Origin: Octopus sinensis
Lineage: Eukaryota
Assembly: GCF_006345805.1 (NCBI RefSeq)
Contig: NC_043001.1
Location: 71,486,001-71,550,000, forward strand
Direction of reading: 5' to 3'
DNA length: 64,000 bases
Position numbers and translations under genes: made by a program. The notes below the pieces were generated by a model that searched no databases, was not told where the DNA came from, and worked only from the letters and a program-made list of their open reading frames with translations. Positions 42,395-55,799 of this stretch are shown here, one piece after another (positions within the stretch are counted from its first letter, which is position 1; each line of letters opens with the position of its first letter).

Positions 42395-42466
<72 letters not shown>

Positions 42467-42590
42467 TATTATTATATTAAAGGGAATAGAGAAATGCAAT
42501 TGTTATACTAAAAATGTAATTACATTATAATATAATATATTACAAAAAGAAAAAATATAACATAACATAAATTATTAAAACAAATATAAA

Positions 42591-42668
42591 GCCAACAATT
42601 TGTTTCGACTCATATACACTAGGGAATTTATAAAAAATTGCATTTATGTCTATAAGTCTCCTCGGGAC
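42591..42668 (-). ncRNA. HHR motif with CCGAGGA core, upstream of and opposite to a PLE fragment
   Basis: gtc-CCGAGGA-gact...agtc-GAAAC-aaatt-GTT-ggc. Confidence 0.55.
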
Positions 42669-42899
42669 ATTTGTTAAAAAACAGTAAAAAATTCCATGTA
42701 AGGATTGCTAAATTTCAAAATAGACTCATTCAAAAAATACCTATGTTCAGAAGAGTGAGCGTTAATAATTCAATATAAATAAAAAATAAAAATTCTAAAA
42801 AACCCGATGAGGTAACTAATAAATTAGTCATTACTGAATCTAAGGATAACCTATGTATGGGAGGAATGAAATATAGTTTACATGTAAGTTCTTAAATCA

Positions 42900-43640
42900 A
42901 TACCAATAATGTAGATATGCTAAATATATATTATGAAAATAATGGTGTTATTCATAATGAGAATAATATGATTACTAATAGTAATAAAAATAAAAAGAGT
43001 AAGTGTAGCAGATATAATATTTTATATGAAAATAGGCTTAAATTAAAGACTAAAAAGTATAACCCATATGCTAATTTAGATATACTAAATGCTGTTAATT
43101 CTATAAATGACAATAATATTTGGTTTATGATTCCTTATGCAAGAAAAATAAAAACTAATAAATTAGATTAATAATAAAAAGAATTTTTTTAATTAGAAAT
43201 AATAATCCTACTACCGATAATTATATTGCTAGAACTTGTGATTGTAGATTTAAAGATAAATGTTATTTCAATAACTTTTGTGTGCAAAATAACCTTGTAT
43301 ACAGATGTAGAGATGAATCTGAAGGGAAAAATTAATTTTACAAAGGGTCCAATGAAAAATTTTATTAAAAACGTATTGCAAACCATGCATATACTTTTAG
43401 GAATAGGGATAGGTTGAACAGTACCAGTTTGAGTAAGTTTACATGGAAGTTAAAGGATAGTTTGAAATTGTACAACATTAATTGGCAAATACTTAGTCAT
43501 ACTAGATCGTATAAAATTGCTGATGAAAGGTGTAACCTATGTGTGGATAAGTTTTATCAAATCTTAACATCTAAGAAGAAATTACTTAATGACAGACATG
43601 AACGTGTTGTAAACACTATTCTAAATATGTATTCAGAAAA
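42900..43640 (+). pseudogene. Decayed Naiad-like PLE linker and GIY-YIG fragment
   Basis: NNIWFMIPY; RTCDCRFKDKCYFNNFCVQNNLVYRC; NSTSLSKFTWKLKD...INWQIL...RCNLC. Confidence 0.85.
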
Positions 43641-43730
43641 TTTTATTAAATGTGTATATCTATGTGCATATATGTATATATATATATATGCATATATATG
43701 TTTCTATATATGATTGCGTATATTTGTATG

Positions 43731-43763
<33 letters not shown>

Positions 43764-43931
43764 CTATATATATATATATATAATATATATATATATATGT
43801 ATGTATATATATATATGCATATATATGTTTCTATATATGATTGCGTATATTTGTATGTATATATGTATAATTATATATCTTCTTGTATTTATATCTGATA
43901 ATGTATATCTGCCTATATGTATGTGTGTATA

Positions 43932-44035
<104 letters not shown>

Positions 44036-44066
44036 ATCGAAATAAAAACATGATGCGAAGGATTCA

Positions 44067-44144
44067 GCGGTACATATGTTTCGGGCCTTTATTAGACAGA
44101 TTTATAACAATGCATAATGTATGTCTGTGGCCTTCTTCAGCCGC
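44067..44144 (-). ncRNA. Type I HHR motif near the 3' end of the Naiad-like PLE
   Basis: gcgg-CTGAAGA-aggcc...ggccc-GAAAC-atat-GTA-ccgc; palindromic stem III ACATATGT. Confidence 0.75.
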
Positions 44145-45972
44145 GCACAACAGCTTCCACAAGGACATGTGTTACATCAAAAATTCTTGGTTGGGGATGC
44201 AAATCCTCTCATTCGCGTACGACATAATGCGGCAGCAGCATAGAATTGAAGCGTCCATCTCTTTCTTCTCTCAATGTAGAATGAGGAAATTTGGATGTTG
44301 AAGTAATGTAAATAAATAAATACATATATAGACGTGAATATGGAGGGGCGAGAATTCAGGACGAGGGATAAAAAATGTATAAAAAGTGTAAGTATAGAAA
44401 AATATAAAAATGTAGAGTATAAGATATAAAGGGATATAAGGAGAGTAAAGGGGGTATAAAGAATATAAAGAAATATAAAGAAATATAAATAAATGTAAAG
44501 GCATAAGGTTATAAAGTAAAAATAGAAATAGAAATAAAAGTAAAAAGTAAAAATAAAAATAGAATAAATAAACATGATAAAAATGTAAAAAAATATAAAG
44601 ATAGGGATGTATAGAGGTTACGGACCAAACATGGTGGTCAGGAGATTGATAAAATTTAGTTGTAGAAGTTTTGGGTGTCAATAAATCAACAGTTTCGTCT
44701 GGGGACCTAGTGTGTTGTAAATCAGAGCTGTTGAGCGTTTAATCTGGTTCTTTGAATTAATTGGTACATCTAGTACATACATACCATCATGGATACATAC
44801 ACCCATATACACGCGTACATATACGCCTCCAAGCCTATAAGCATACACACGCACTCGCGTGTAAACATGTACATAAACACACACACACCCACACGCACGC
44901 GCGTACATATACATACATACAACAGAATATCCGCATGTATACACGGACATTATACGTGTACACACCCATATGTACATACGTGCGCCCATCCCTACATACA
45001 CATACGCATATGCCCACGCTTCCAGGTTTAGATATAAGATATTAAAGGATGTATATAAGAACGTATGTAAAGAATCACGCACTCACGTCTACACGTGCAC
45101 GCACACACGGCTGTGTGTCCATATGTGCGTGCACATATACACTTACATACACACACAGAGACATACGCGCATATGGGTATAGCTATAAGATATTAAAAGA
45201 TGTATACAAATAGGTGTAAACATATGAATATAAGAAAACATGTAAAAAAAAGAAATACGGGGTATGTACATCCAGACGTAGATGTTTACTCGTACATATG
45301 TACATATATGTATACGTATACATACGTACACGGACGCTCGTATAATCATAAAGTGGATCCATAGGTAAGTAAATAAGGGATAAGCCAAAAAAATCGACAT
45401 ATATAGAGATATAAAGCGATAAGTTAGGGGTAAGAATGAGGGTAAGGGTAAAAATTAGAAATAAAAGTAAGAAATACAGTATAAAATAAGAAATACAATG
45501 TAAAAGTTAGAAATGAAATATAAAAGTTATAAAAATTATAAGAGTTAAGGTAAGGGATGAAAATAAAAATGAGAATAAATCGAAGTAGAATAAAAGTAAA
45601 AATAAAAGTAAAAATAAAAATAAAATAAAATAAAATAAAAATATAATTTGGTAAAGTTTAACATGAGATGAAGGTGGTTGAAAGTTAGAGGTGTGTGTTA
45701 AAGGTGCCCACGTAGGGGCGGGTGGGGGGAACTGAAAATTGGAAGGGTGGGAAGTGGAGTTTGGCGGTGTGCGTTCAACATCCGAGTTAGAAATGTGAAA
45801 GGGTATAGATATAGGGAAATAAAGAGACTATATAGGAAGGATATGGGTGTAGGAGAAGAAATATGTAGGGAAAAGAAGTCATATATGGGAGACAAAATTT
45901 GTATATATAGGAGGAAAATGCAGGGAAACATATATGCACATACACACACCCACACACACACACACACACACG

Positions 45973-46016
<44 letters not shown>

Positions 46017-46159
46017 CATATACGTACACATATGTGCACATACATATATATACGCACACATATACGCATATACACGCACATATAGGAAAGCGGGATGTGC
46101 TGGAGCCGACAGGTTGCACCGGGTGGGAGGAAATTGCATGGGGGAGTTGGTATAATAAC

Positions 46160-47206
46160 CTAAGCTTTGTAGTATTTGAAAGTATTAATAAGTTTGTGTA
46201 TACAGGATGGTTTGAACTCTGACCTTTTGTTAATAAGATTGTGTTTGTCTTTGAATTTCAAGATGTTCAGGAGTTCTACACAACATAGTTGGCATCCTGC
46301 TCTATTATTTAAATAAGGTGCAGCTGATCCGATGATGGACCACCTGAGTTTGAAGCCTATGCATTTGTCTTTTAATTCCCAAATTCTTTTAGAAAGGGAG
46401 GTGCTGTTAGCCTTATGTCTGTGTTTCAGCGAGGACCGGTGGTTGTAGTATCTGGATTTCCAGGAGGTTGAGCAACCTATGTAGGTGAGTGTGTTAAACT
46501 GGGTACTCACCTCACATGAATATATTACGTTTTTCGCCCTACATGCGCCCTGTAGCGGGCACTCTGATGCACATCTGCAGTTGCATTGCATTGCATTATT
46601 CGGTCGTGTGCTGCTAATCCCAGGCGGAGGTGTTGCAATACGAGTGGGGGCGTTGATATCCTCCTGGTTGTTGATGGGTGTAGTATTTCCTCTGTTGTGT
46701 TGGCGGGTGTTATTACTAACTGTTTGGGTAGTATGGCTGCCAGTCTGGTTATATTGTCTACTATCTAGATGAGGGGGGTTCTGTTGGTCGCTATAGTTTG
46801 CTCTTGATCTAGCTGTTCTAATATTAATATAGTTATGTTTAGCTATGAGGCAGCTCATGTTGGGCAGGGTAGAGTAGGAAATCCTAATGGTTTTGTTGGA
46901 GAAGATACTTCTATACTTATGGGTGGGTGGGAAGTTGTTGGAAATGATAGAGAATATTCTCTTACATAACTTACCCCTAACTGCTAAGTTGTAAGGTATG
47001 TTGAACCATATATATTTGCGTAATCTACTATTATCCCTTCTATTTCTCCTAATAGGATCTATATTGCTCTCGTCGGGAGGGTTACTATTGTGTGCTATTC
47101 TATTAGTTCGCCTATTTCCTATACGTTGTTTGGAGTTTAAATTAGAATTATCGCTAGTGTGAGTTGAGTGCTGAGTTCGATTATAATTGGGAGTTTTATG
47201 GCCGAC
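46160..47206 (-). CDS. PLE C-terminal linker + GIY-YIG endonuclease, open frame, 5'-truncated
   Basis: RKYIWFNIPY...KTIRISYSTLPNM; CNCRCASECPLQGACRAKNVIYSCEV...YIGCSTSWKSRYYNHRSSL...STSLSKRIWELKD...CQLCCVE...LINKRSE. No stop seen upstream of the annotated Met back to the truncation point. Confidence 0.9.
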   Translation of the reverse strand, partial: VGHKTPNYNRTQHSTHTSDNSNLNSKQRIGNRRTNRIAHNSNPPDESNIDPIRRNRRDNSRLRKYIWFNIPYNLAVRGKLCKRIFSIISNNFPPTHKYRSIFSNKTIRISYSTLPNMSCLIAKHNYINIRTARSRANYSDQQNPPHLDSRQYNQTGSHTTQTVSNNTRQHNRGNTTPINNQEDINAPTRIATPPPGISSTRPNNAMQCNCRCASECPLQGACRAKNVIYSCEVSTQFNTLTYIGCSTSWKSRYYNHRSSLKHRHKANSTSLSKRIWELKDKCIGFKLRWSIIGSAAPYLNNRAGCQLCCVELLNILKFKDKHNLINKRSEFKPSCIHKLINTFKYYKA

Positions 47207-47699
47207 GTATGTACTAGATGTACCAATTAATTCAAAGAACCAGATTAAACACTCAACAGCTCTGATTTACAACACATTAGGTCCCCAGACGAAACTGTTG
47301 ATTTATTGACACCCAAAACTTCAACTAAATTTTATCAATCTCCTGACCACCATGTTTGGTCCGTAACCTCTATACATCCCTTATCTTTATATTTTTTTAC
47401 ATTTTTATCATGTTTATTCCTATTTTTATTTTTTTACTTTTTACTTTTATTTCTATATATATATATATGTATATGTGTGTATATATATTTATGTACGTGT
47501 GTGTTACTTCTTAGTAAATTGTAAACTTTAAATCATATATGTGTGTGTAGGTATTTGTATTTTTAGTTATATATGTTGTCTATGTAGATGTGTCTAGATA
47601 TATATATATGTCTGCGTATGTGACTGTATATATCTAAATCCATGTAGGTGCGTATATCTACATGGATATTTGCGGACAGATTTATGTTTATAAAAAATA

Positions 47700-48860
47700 A
47701 TCAGATATATAATAACAGACAATAACTTTATTTATCAAAAAATGCTATGAGCATAAAAATAAGCCATCGCTTCTATACTGTTATTCAATAAAGCCACCTT
47801 CAGCTTCAACAACTGCTTCTATATGAGATCTAAATCATCTACATGAACAAGTGGTCCTGGTTCACTTTGGACATTACTCTGGCTATGGCAGCTTTCATAG
47901 AATCTTTGGTGTTATGGGTGCGTTCATTGATTTCTCTCTCAACAACGTTCCACATGTAATAATGGATTGAGATCTGGGGAATTAGGAGCCAAATGTTAGG
48001 GGTTATGTGGTCATGAAACTTTTCAGCCATCCATTCCTATGTTACAAGATCTGTGATAGTGCAGAGACTTACTGAAACACATATGGCCTTCCATTGCATA
48101 CACTGTCTACCCAGGGCTTAACAATTATTTCCAGGACCTCAATGTAGGCGGAAGAGCAAACTCTAGGGCCTTGTGGAAAGAAGTAAGGGGGAATCACATG
48201 TCCTTCGTTGCTGACAACCCCTAAAACCATGACAGTAGCAGGAAATTTGTATGCACAACACTTGGAACTTCAGAAGGGTCGCACATAATCATCTGTCATT
48301 TCTTCTGTTAACTTTTTGATCAAGCTCGAAGTTTTCTCGTTTGAGAAAAACCAAATCAAATTTTCTGCTGGATTTTTCAATTTGTTTAAGGGCCTTTTAG
48401 ATCTGATGTAGTGATTTTCTTTTGCTTTGTCTGACAAATTGACCTGTCCTCATCATATAAGACTTATATATGATGTCTATGTAGACAACATGTCTGACTG
48501 TTTCTTCTGACACATGAAGATCTTTTGCAATTGACCTCATGGACTTTTTGGGATTGTAATCAATGGTCTGTTGAACTTTCTGGATAAATTCAGGTTTTCT
48601 GGTGATTTCGGGGTGCTTAGAATGCTTTTTATGCTTTGATACGTTTCCATCTTCTGTCTTTAGCTCCTTACAAACCTTGTAGCGGAAAGATCTGGCAACT
48701 TTTAAAACTCAAGATATTTCTAAATCACTATACTTAGTGATGTAGACCACAATAACATCATCACTCTTCACTTCTTGACTGTCTGACATTATAATTTCTG
48801 AAACAAAGCTTATACCGAGGTAACAAAAAGATATGTCCTCAATTAACTTACGCACCCTGT
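47700..48860 (-). mobile_element. Tc1/mariner-superfamily (maT-like) transposon, decayed
   Basis: End CAGGGTGCG (minus, ~48859) like that of the 24834 element; WMAEKFHDHITPNIW...YYMWNVVEREIN and FPATVMVLGVVSNEGHV remnants. Confidence 0.8.
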
Positions 48861-48998
48861 GTATATTATGTTTTTACGTATGCCTGTAGGTGTGTACACA
48901 TGCGTATATATACATGTGATTGGTATTGGCTATACGTATAAGTATGTATGTATATCTATGTATATATATATGTGTGCATTTGTGTCTATGTGCATGAG

Positions 48999-49058
<60 letters not shown>

Positions 49059-49364
49059 GTATTTGTCTATGTGTATATATGTGTATATACATATATGTTT
49101 TTGTGTGTGTTGATATGTGTATATATATATATCTACCTATCTGTTCATCTATGTATATATTTGTATTATGTATATATGTGTGCAAGTGTATTTTGTCTAT
49201 ATGTGTACCTTAATATCTGTATGTACGTATATATATGTGTGTGTGTGTGTGTGTATGTGTCTGCCTGTCTGTATATATATATATATGTGTGTGTGTATAT
49301 ATTTTTATGTATGTATGTGTAGGTGTATGTTTCTGTAAGTGTGTATATGTATGTGTGTACATAT

Positions 49365-49542
49365 ATTCTTTTATTCTTTGACAGTGGCCATGCTGGATCA
49401 CCGAACAAATCGACCCCAGGACTAATATTTTGTAAGCCCAGTACTTATTCTATCAGTTTCTTTTACCGAACCACTAGGTTACAGGGACGTTAACACATAA
49501 GAGATTGTGGGGGGAGAAACACACACACTCACTCAAACACGC

Positions 49543-49580
<38 letters not shown>

Positions 49581-49745
49581 GACGGGCTTATTTCAGTTTC
49601 CGTCTACCAAATCCACTCACAAGGCTTTAGGCGGCCCGAGGCTATAATAGAAATCACTTACCGAAGTTTTCACGCAGTGGGACTGAACCCAGAACCATGT
49701 GGCTGGTAAGCAAGCTACTTGCCACAGAGCCATTCCTGCGCCTGT
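49365..49745 (-). mobile_element. SINE family A copy
   Basis: Minus-strand head GGCGCAGGAATGGCTCTGTGG...GGTTCAGTCCCACTGCGTG; shared body with an internal microsatellite. Confidence 0.8.
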
Positions 49746-49746
49746 A

Positions 49747-49841
<95 letters not shown>

Positions 49842-50057
49842 ACGTGTGTGTATATATATATATATATATGACATGTATACATGTTTATTACATGTGTGGA
49901 TAACTGAAGTAATCAATGTATCAATAAGCCTCCCTAAATTTATAATATGATAGCATTAAAATTTACATAATTCCATTACAGTCCAAAGTTTTTGCTATAC
50001 TGAACGATTTGTATTCAAGCTAGACTTTTATTGCTTGAGCCATTTTTTGATATTATA

Positions 50058-50256
50058 CTCTTTTACTTGTTTCGGTCATTTGACTAGGACCGTGCTGGAG
50101 CACCGTCTTTAGTTGAGCAAATCGACCCCAAGACTTTTTCTTTGTAAGCCTAGTTCTTATTCTATCGGTCTCTTTTGCCGAACCACTAAGTTACGGGGAC
50201 GTAAACACACCAGCATTGGTGTCAAGCGATGTTGGGGGGACAAACACAGACAAACA

Positions 50257-50310
<54 letters not shown>

Positions 50311-50473
50311 CATATATACGACGGGGTTTTTTTCAGTTTCCGTCTACCAAGTCCACACACAAGGCTTTGGTCGGCCCGAGTCTATAGTAGAAGGCACTTG
50401 CCTAAGTTGCCACGCAGTGGAACTCGGAACGATGCAGTTGGTGAGCAAGCTACTTACCACACAGCCACGCCTA
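50058..50473 (-). mobile_element. SINE family A copy
   Basis: Homologous to 49365-49745 along its length. Confidence 0.8.
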
Positions 50474-50629
50474 CACCTATACTGAATGATTAATAACAAT
50501 AATAATAATAATAAATGAATAATTTTATATAAGGCCCTAACGTGACCAAAAACTTTTCTATTGTAAGTACATATTTCCGGTTATTTTTCTCTAAGTGGTT
50601 AATCTATAAATGTATATAAACTTGCAGAT

Positions 50630-50812
50630 GTGAAAGAGGCATTAAAAGGCATCACTTGACAGAAGTTCCAGCACTGCTTCAAATAGTGGAAAACGTGTCT
50701 GGACCGATGCATTGCTGCAAATGGAGAATACCTTGAAGGCGATAAAACTGAAAAAAAATGTAAAACTAAGTGAATAAAATAATATTGCAAACTTCTTTTG
50801 GATACCCCCTTT
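50630..50812 (+). mobile_element. Mariner transposase C-terminus and right TIR remnant
   Basis: KFQHCFK*WKTCLDRCIAANGEYLEGDK followed by CTTTTGGATACCCCCT. Confidence 0.75.
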
Positions 50813-52536
50813 TTTTGCGGGATTGAGATTTTTTATTTATTATTCTGACATTATTTTTAATATATTTTTCTTAAAGCATTTTTGCATTAGATGATACAGT
50901 GAAGATCCTGATCTATCTCCTATGGAAAATATGACTGAAATGCTATAATTAGCTTCTCAAGACACTTTATCGATATCACTAAAATTCGAATCTATAGATT
51001 AAATACATCTAAAAGAATCCAAATAACAGGATTTGTTTTTACAACTAAGTAAATTCCTCTTATTTTCCGACATTAACTGTTTCTATGGATATTTTCTTCC
51101 CTTTGCTTGCTTCTTTGTTGTTACTCCCGTGGTCATATATCCTTATGATATCCAATAATTTATATTCTTTACTTTTTGTTTGACGAACTCCCAAAAGAAA
51201 GAGATATGTTGTGGATTCACATACGTGTTGAAATATTAGTTTCAAAATTCGAAACACGGCTAACAATTTCGAAGAGGGGTAAGCTGATTGCCTTGTCTCC
51301 CAGTGCTCAACTGGTACTTAATTAATCGACCCCGAAATGATGAAAGGCAAATTCGACATCGGCAGAATTTGACCTTTGAACCTAAAGACGGACGAAAAGC
51401 CCCAAAGCCTTTTCACCCCCGCTTGCTAATGACTCTACCGGATCACCTTTACGTGTTTAAATAAGGAAATATTCTCAGTAAACACATTTACGTAAATTCT
51501 ATTTTGTTCCTTCCACAATAATCTTCCACATCTGCACATATTGCTTTTTGCATGCTTGTAGAAGATACCCTGTGAGACCCATCTGAAATTTAAACTCGGC
51601 CATTCCATATTTCAACAGAAAGCTGTCTTGTTATCCATAAGTTCTACGTTGTTTAGTGCGGTTACTCAGATGTTTCCAGCATATCAGCTACTAAATAATA
51701 TTCGGTCTTTTATGCATAAAATTTACTCTGACAACCACATCTTGTTTATAACATACACAGTTCTCTTTTGATACCATAGCTGAACTTTAAAAAATTCTTC
51801 GTACTAAACATTTTTTTCTTATTCATTTACGTTAGCGCACGCATATACCAGCAAACTTTGATTTTATTTCTGTCAATGTGTCCGCCATACGGCTTTTTAT
51901 AAAACTAATATGCTTTGTTACTGTATGTTTCTATGCACATTTTATTGAAACTTGCTTAATATTCTTCTCCACAAGCACACTTCTTTTTATTTGTAAATTT
52001 TTATGTTTAATATTGTTATTTTCAGTGATGGAATTTATTTGCAATATCCTCGAACTACTACTTCATAGATAATATCAGATTTGGCTGTTGTTTAGGAACT
52101 CTCTGGAATCAACAGGTTGCTATCCAGTTATCATACAGAAATGATATTTCATGTGCAAAGATTTAAATAATACACAAAAAAACTGATCTGAACAATTTCT
52201 TTATGTTTAGTCAGTTTGTTTTTATAAGAAATGGAAGTAGTGATCTTTCACATATATTTTTGTCAGATTCGCATAAAACGAGCCTTTACGAAGTTTGCAC
52301 ATCCATATATAACGAATTACATTTATTGTAATGCAATGTATAATATTATTTTCAACGTCTAAACACGATTTCAGTCTTATAACTGAAAGTTGCTTCCAGT
52401 TTATGTTTCAAGTATATTTGAGTGTATATATAAATAGCTGAATAGATAGAAAGATGATTGCATACATCTCTTTCTCTCTTACTCTCTCTCTCCCCCTCTC
52501 TCATTTTCTCATTGTATATGTGTGTATGTATATATA

Positions 52537-52575
<39 letters not shown>

Positions 52576-52580
52576 TAGAT

Positions 52581-52651
<71 letters not shown>

Positions 52652-52898
52652 TGTGTGTGTGTGTGTGTGTGTTTGTTTCGAGTTTTTACGTGTATATATT
52701 TATATGAGTGTATATATTTTTGAATCTATGTGTAAATCTGCTTCAGTATGAATGTGCATATGTGTGTGTATGTTTATATATATAGAGAGAGAGGGAGAGA
52801 GAGAGAAGACAGAGACAGAGAAGACAGAGAGAGAGGGATGAGAGAGTGAGAGAGAGAGAGAGAAGACAGAGTGTGATAAAGAGAGAGAGAGAGAGAGA

Positions 52899-52952
<54 letters not shown>

Positions 52953-54123
52953 ATTTCTCGAAAACATATTTGTTGCAAACAGATTAGCCGAAAGAATATC
53001 GGCCAACGGCAAAATCGTCGACAGATATATACAGAAGAGCATATTCATAGGAAAACAAAAATGTCAAATACAAAATTGATCGAAAGATATTACTTAAAAG
53101 AAAAAAGACCGGAATATGCAGAATATAAATTTTAATGTTTATGAAAAGAAAAGTTACAGAAAATTTTCAAGGAGATGGTTCAAGGATTTATTGTAATTTC
53201 GATGAAGTTTATGTCCTTGAAAAAAATAGCGTCCTGAAAGATACGGCAGACGGTTTTCCAGTATTCTTTCATGAAATGTGTACAATTTAAGAATTATGCA
53301 AAGCATGATTAAAACGCTTTGGTAGCATCGTTAGATTGCATTCAAATATAAATTCTGTATTGAACACTGCACGTAAAGAACATCAACGTGTTCAATCTTG
53401 GATAGATATTCTACAAAGTGCTGCTCCTATTGTACCAAAAAATATTTGAAGTGTTATTTCCTCAAAAAGTATTCATTCTATTTGTTATGTTGGACAAATC
53501 AAATAGAGATATTTTGTATTACTATCGAGCTATTGCGTATATTATTCTTGGATATAAATTAACTTCACGTCTTTGTGAACATTTCGTTTCTCATGTACTT
53601 TCTTATGAACAAGAAATAGCCTGAAAATATATTGAAAATATATTATTTTTACAAAATGTTTCATTCACATGACTTTACATTACATTGTTTCAAATATAAA
53701 TAATTCGGCATAAAGTTTAGATGTATTTCTAGACGTGTATACAAATATGTCTTTCTATGAATGCATATCGACAAATTTCTCCTTCAATGTATTTGATATT
53801 GTCTAGTATCTCTTCGCGCGATGGAAGATTTTTGTTCATTTTATAAATACGTTTTTAACCAATTCCTTTTTCTACAAAAGTCTTTTGACCATTGTGTTTT
53901 CGATAAATGTATCATGTGTGTGTGGGGGGTGTAAGTATTTATTTGGACCTTGGATATATGGTTAGTAGTATGCCAATTAAAGCACATTCATTGTTTAGGC
54001 TACCTGGTGTCATCCACAGTTTTGGTAAATGTGACACTGAATCTACCTCAGGAAATTCGCTGTGTTCGTTGAATATAAAATGAATAAATCGGAAAATGGA
54101 GTATGCAAGAATCTTTATTCAAC

Positions 54124-54210
54124 ACAACGATCGTTTCAACCCACTCTGCATCTACTCCTTGCGGATGGGATACTGTACATCCACCAGTGCAGAATGTATT
54201 TCATTGGATG
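54124..54210 (-). ncRNA. Strongly decayed HHR-like motif
   Basis: Stem II attctgca/tgcagagt, then GAAAC-gatc-GTT with a palindromic stem III; 5' core mutated (CCAATGA). Confidence 0.35.
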
Positions 54211-55207
54211 TCTTATTTTAAATATGTTACTTCACTAAATATACTCGGATTTGCTTAGCATGCTGTCGCCAGTAGGTTGCTGGCTATAATGATAGAGGAT
54301 GGATACAATATCCGGCTTATAAACGGTAAATAGGTCTGGCTATTGTTAATAATGAATACACCACATAGAGTAAGGTAATAAAAGATAGAAAATAAAAAAT
54401 GACAAAGGATAAGAATTAAAAGGTTAAATGAGGGGGTGAGGAAATCCCTGCGCTCCGGCGCGATTGCGCCCGCATGCTGATATACTGGTAAATACAAGAT
54501 GAAGTAAATTTTTCAATTATATAATTTATACAATACTTGTATTCCTATTGCAACATACTTCGGGTTTCCACTACTTCTTAAAATGGTTAGACTCGACAGA
54601 AACCCTCCGGTAATTGCTATTTGAATGGAAATTTTGTTTTCACTACCAACCCCTTTGGGACCCAAATATTCTTTAGCTGAGAAAACTATAAAATATATTG
54701 CATGTATCGAAATAACTTTTATATGAAGCGAAAGCTGAAGGGTTGTAGAAGATACTGAGTAAAAATTATTCATATCCAAGATTCTCAAGTATTGAAATTT
54801 TCCTGCCAATTTCATTTTTCACGATTTTACGAAAAAAATCTCTGAAATCTACACTCACCCTCTTTCTATCAATCGATGAGCCAAAAGTATTTAAAAATCT
54901 ATTTAAAATGAAAAATAAATTAATAGAGCATCATTGAAACAGAAACGCGTTATTTGGTGCTTTGTGAACAGGATTATCAAAAATATTACTAACTTTTTTC
55001 ATGAAAAAGCAGTGAAAAATAACTTTTTTCGAAAGAGATGTCGCATTTTTGCTATCAGTTGGTGTCAAGAAGGTCTGCCATTGGCTTATCAGTTATCACC
55101 CTTCCCTACCCACTCGCTTGTCAACACTTGTGTGGACAAGAGAGAGATAAAAATCAAGTTAAATTTTGCAGAACCAAATGATATCTTAATATTTTGCAGA
55201 TCTTTAA

Positions 55208-55605
55208 GGCGACAAACAGGCAGAAACGTTAGCGCGCAGGGCGAAATACTTAGCAGTATTTCGTCTGCCGTTACGTTCAGTGTTCAAATTCCGCCGACCG
55301 AGGTCGACTTTTGCCTTCCATCCTTTCGGGGTCGATTAAATAAGTACCAGTAACGCACTGGGGTCGATATAATCGACTTAATCCGTTTGTCTGTCCTTGT
55401 TTGTCCTCTCTGTGTTTAGCCCCTAGTGGGTAGTAAAGAAATAGGTATTTCGTCTGTCATTATGTTCTGAGTTCAAATCTTGCCGAGGTTGATTTTTGCA
55501 TTTTAGGGTCAATAAATTTAGTACCAGTTGCGTACTAGAGTCGATCTAATCAACTGGCTGCCTCCACAAAAGTGTCGGACCTTTTCCTAGTGTAGAAAAG
55601 AATAT
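55208..55605 (+). mobile_element. SINE family B, tandem or nested pair
   Basis: Complete copy to ~55443, immediately followed by a more diverged body restarting at GGTATTTCGTCTG. Confidence 0.8.
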
Positions 55606-55799
55606 CTTGCAGATTTTTATTTTTTACAACACTAAACGCATGCATTACGACTGCGAGCCATTTGGCTTTTGTTTTTCCCAGGCAGCGGTAATAACAAAAA
55701 TTCCGAAAGTGTCCATAAAGTCTGTTTACGATTTAAAAAAATTATTACAAAGGCAGTTGATGAAATATTTTAACTAGATTTGTTTTATTTTAATAATTG

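Noticed and set aside
44176-44213. SECIS-like ATGA...GA hairpin in the Naiad-like 3' region (minus strand)
   Set aside because: Helix is short and GU-rich, the apical AA is misplaced, and the preserved ORF has no in-frame UGA.
47253-47301. Type III hammerhead-like junction (TCAACAG/CTGTTGA stem, GTC/GAC stem, GAAA)
   Set aside because: No CUGANGA core between the stems, either here or in the inverted copy at ~44686-44734.
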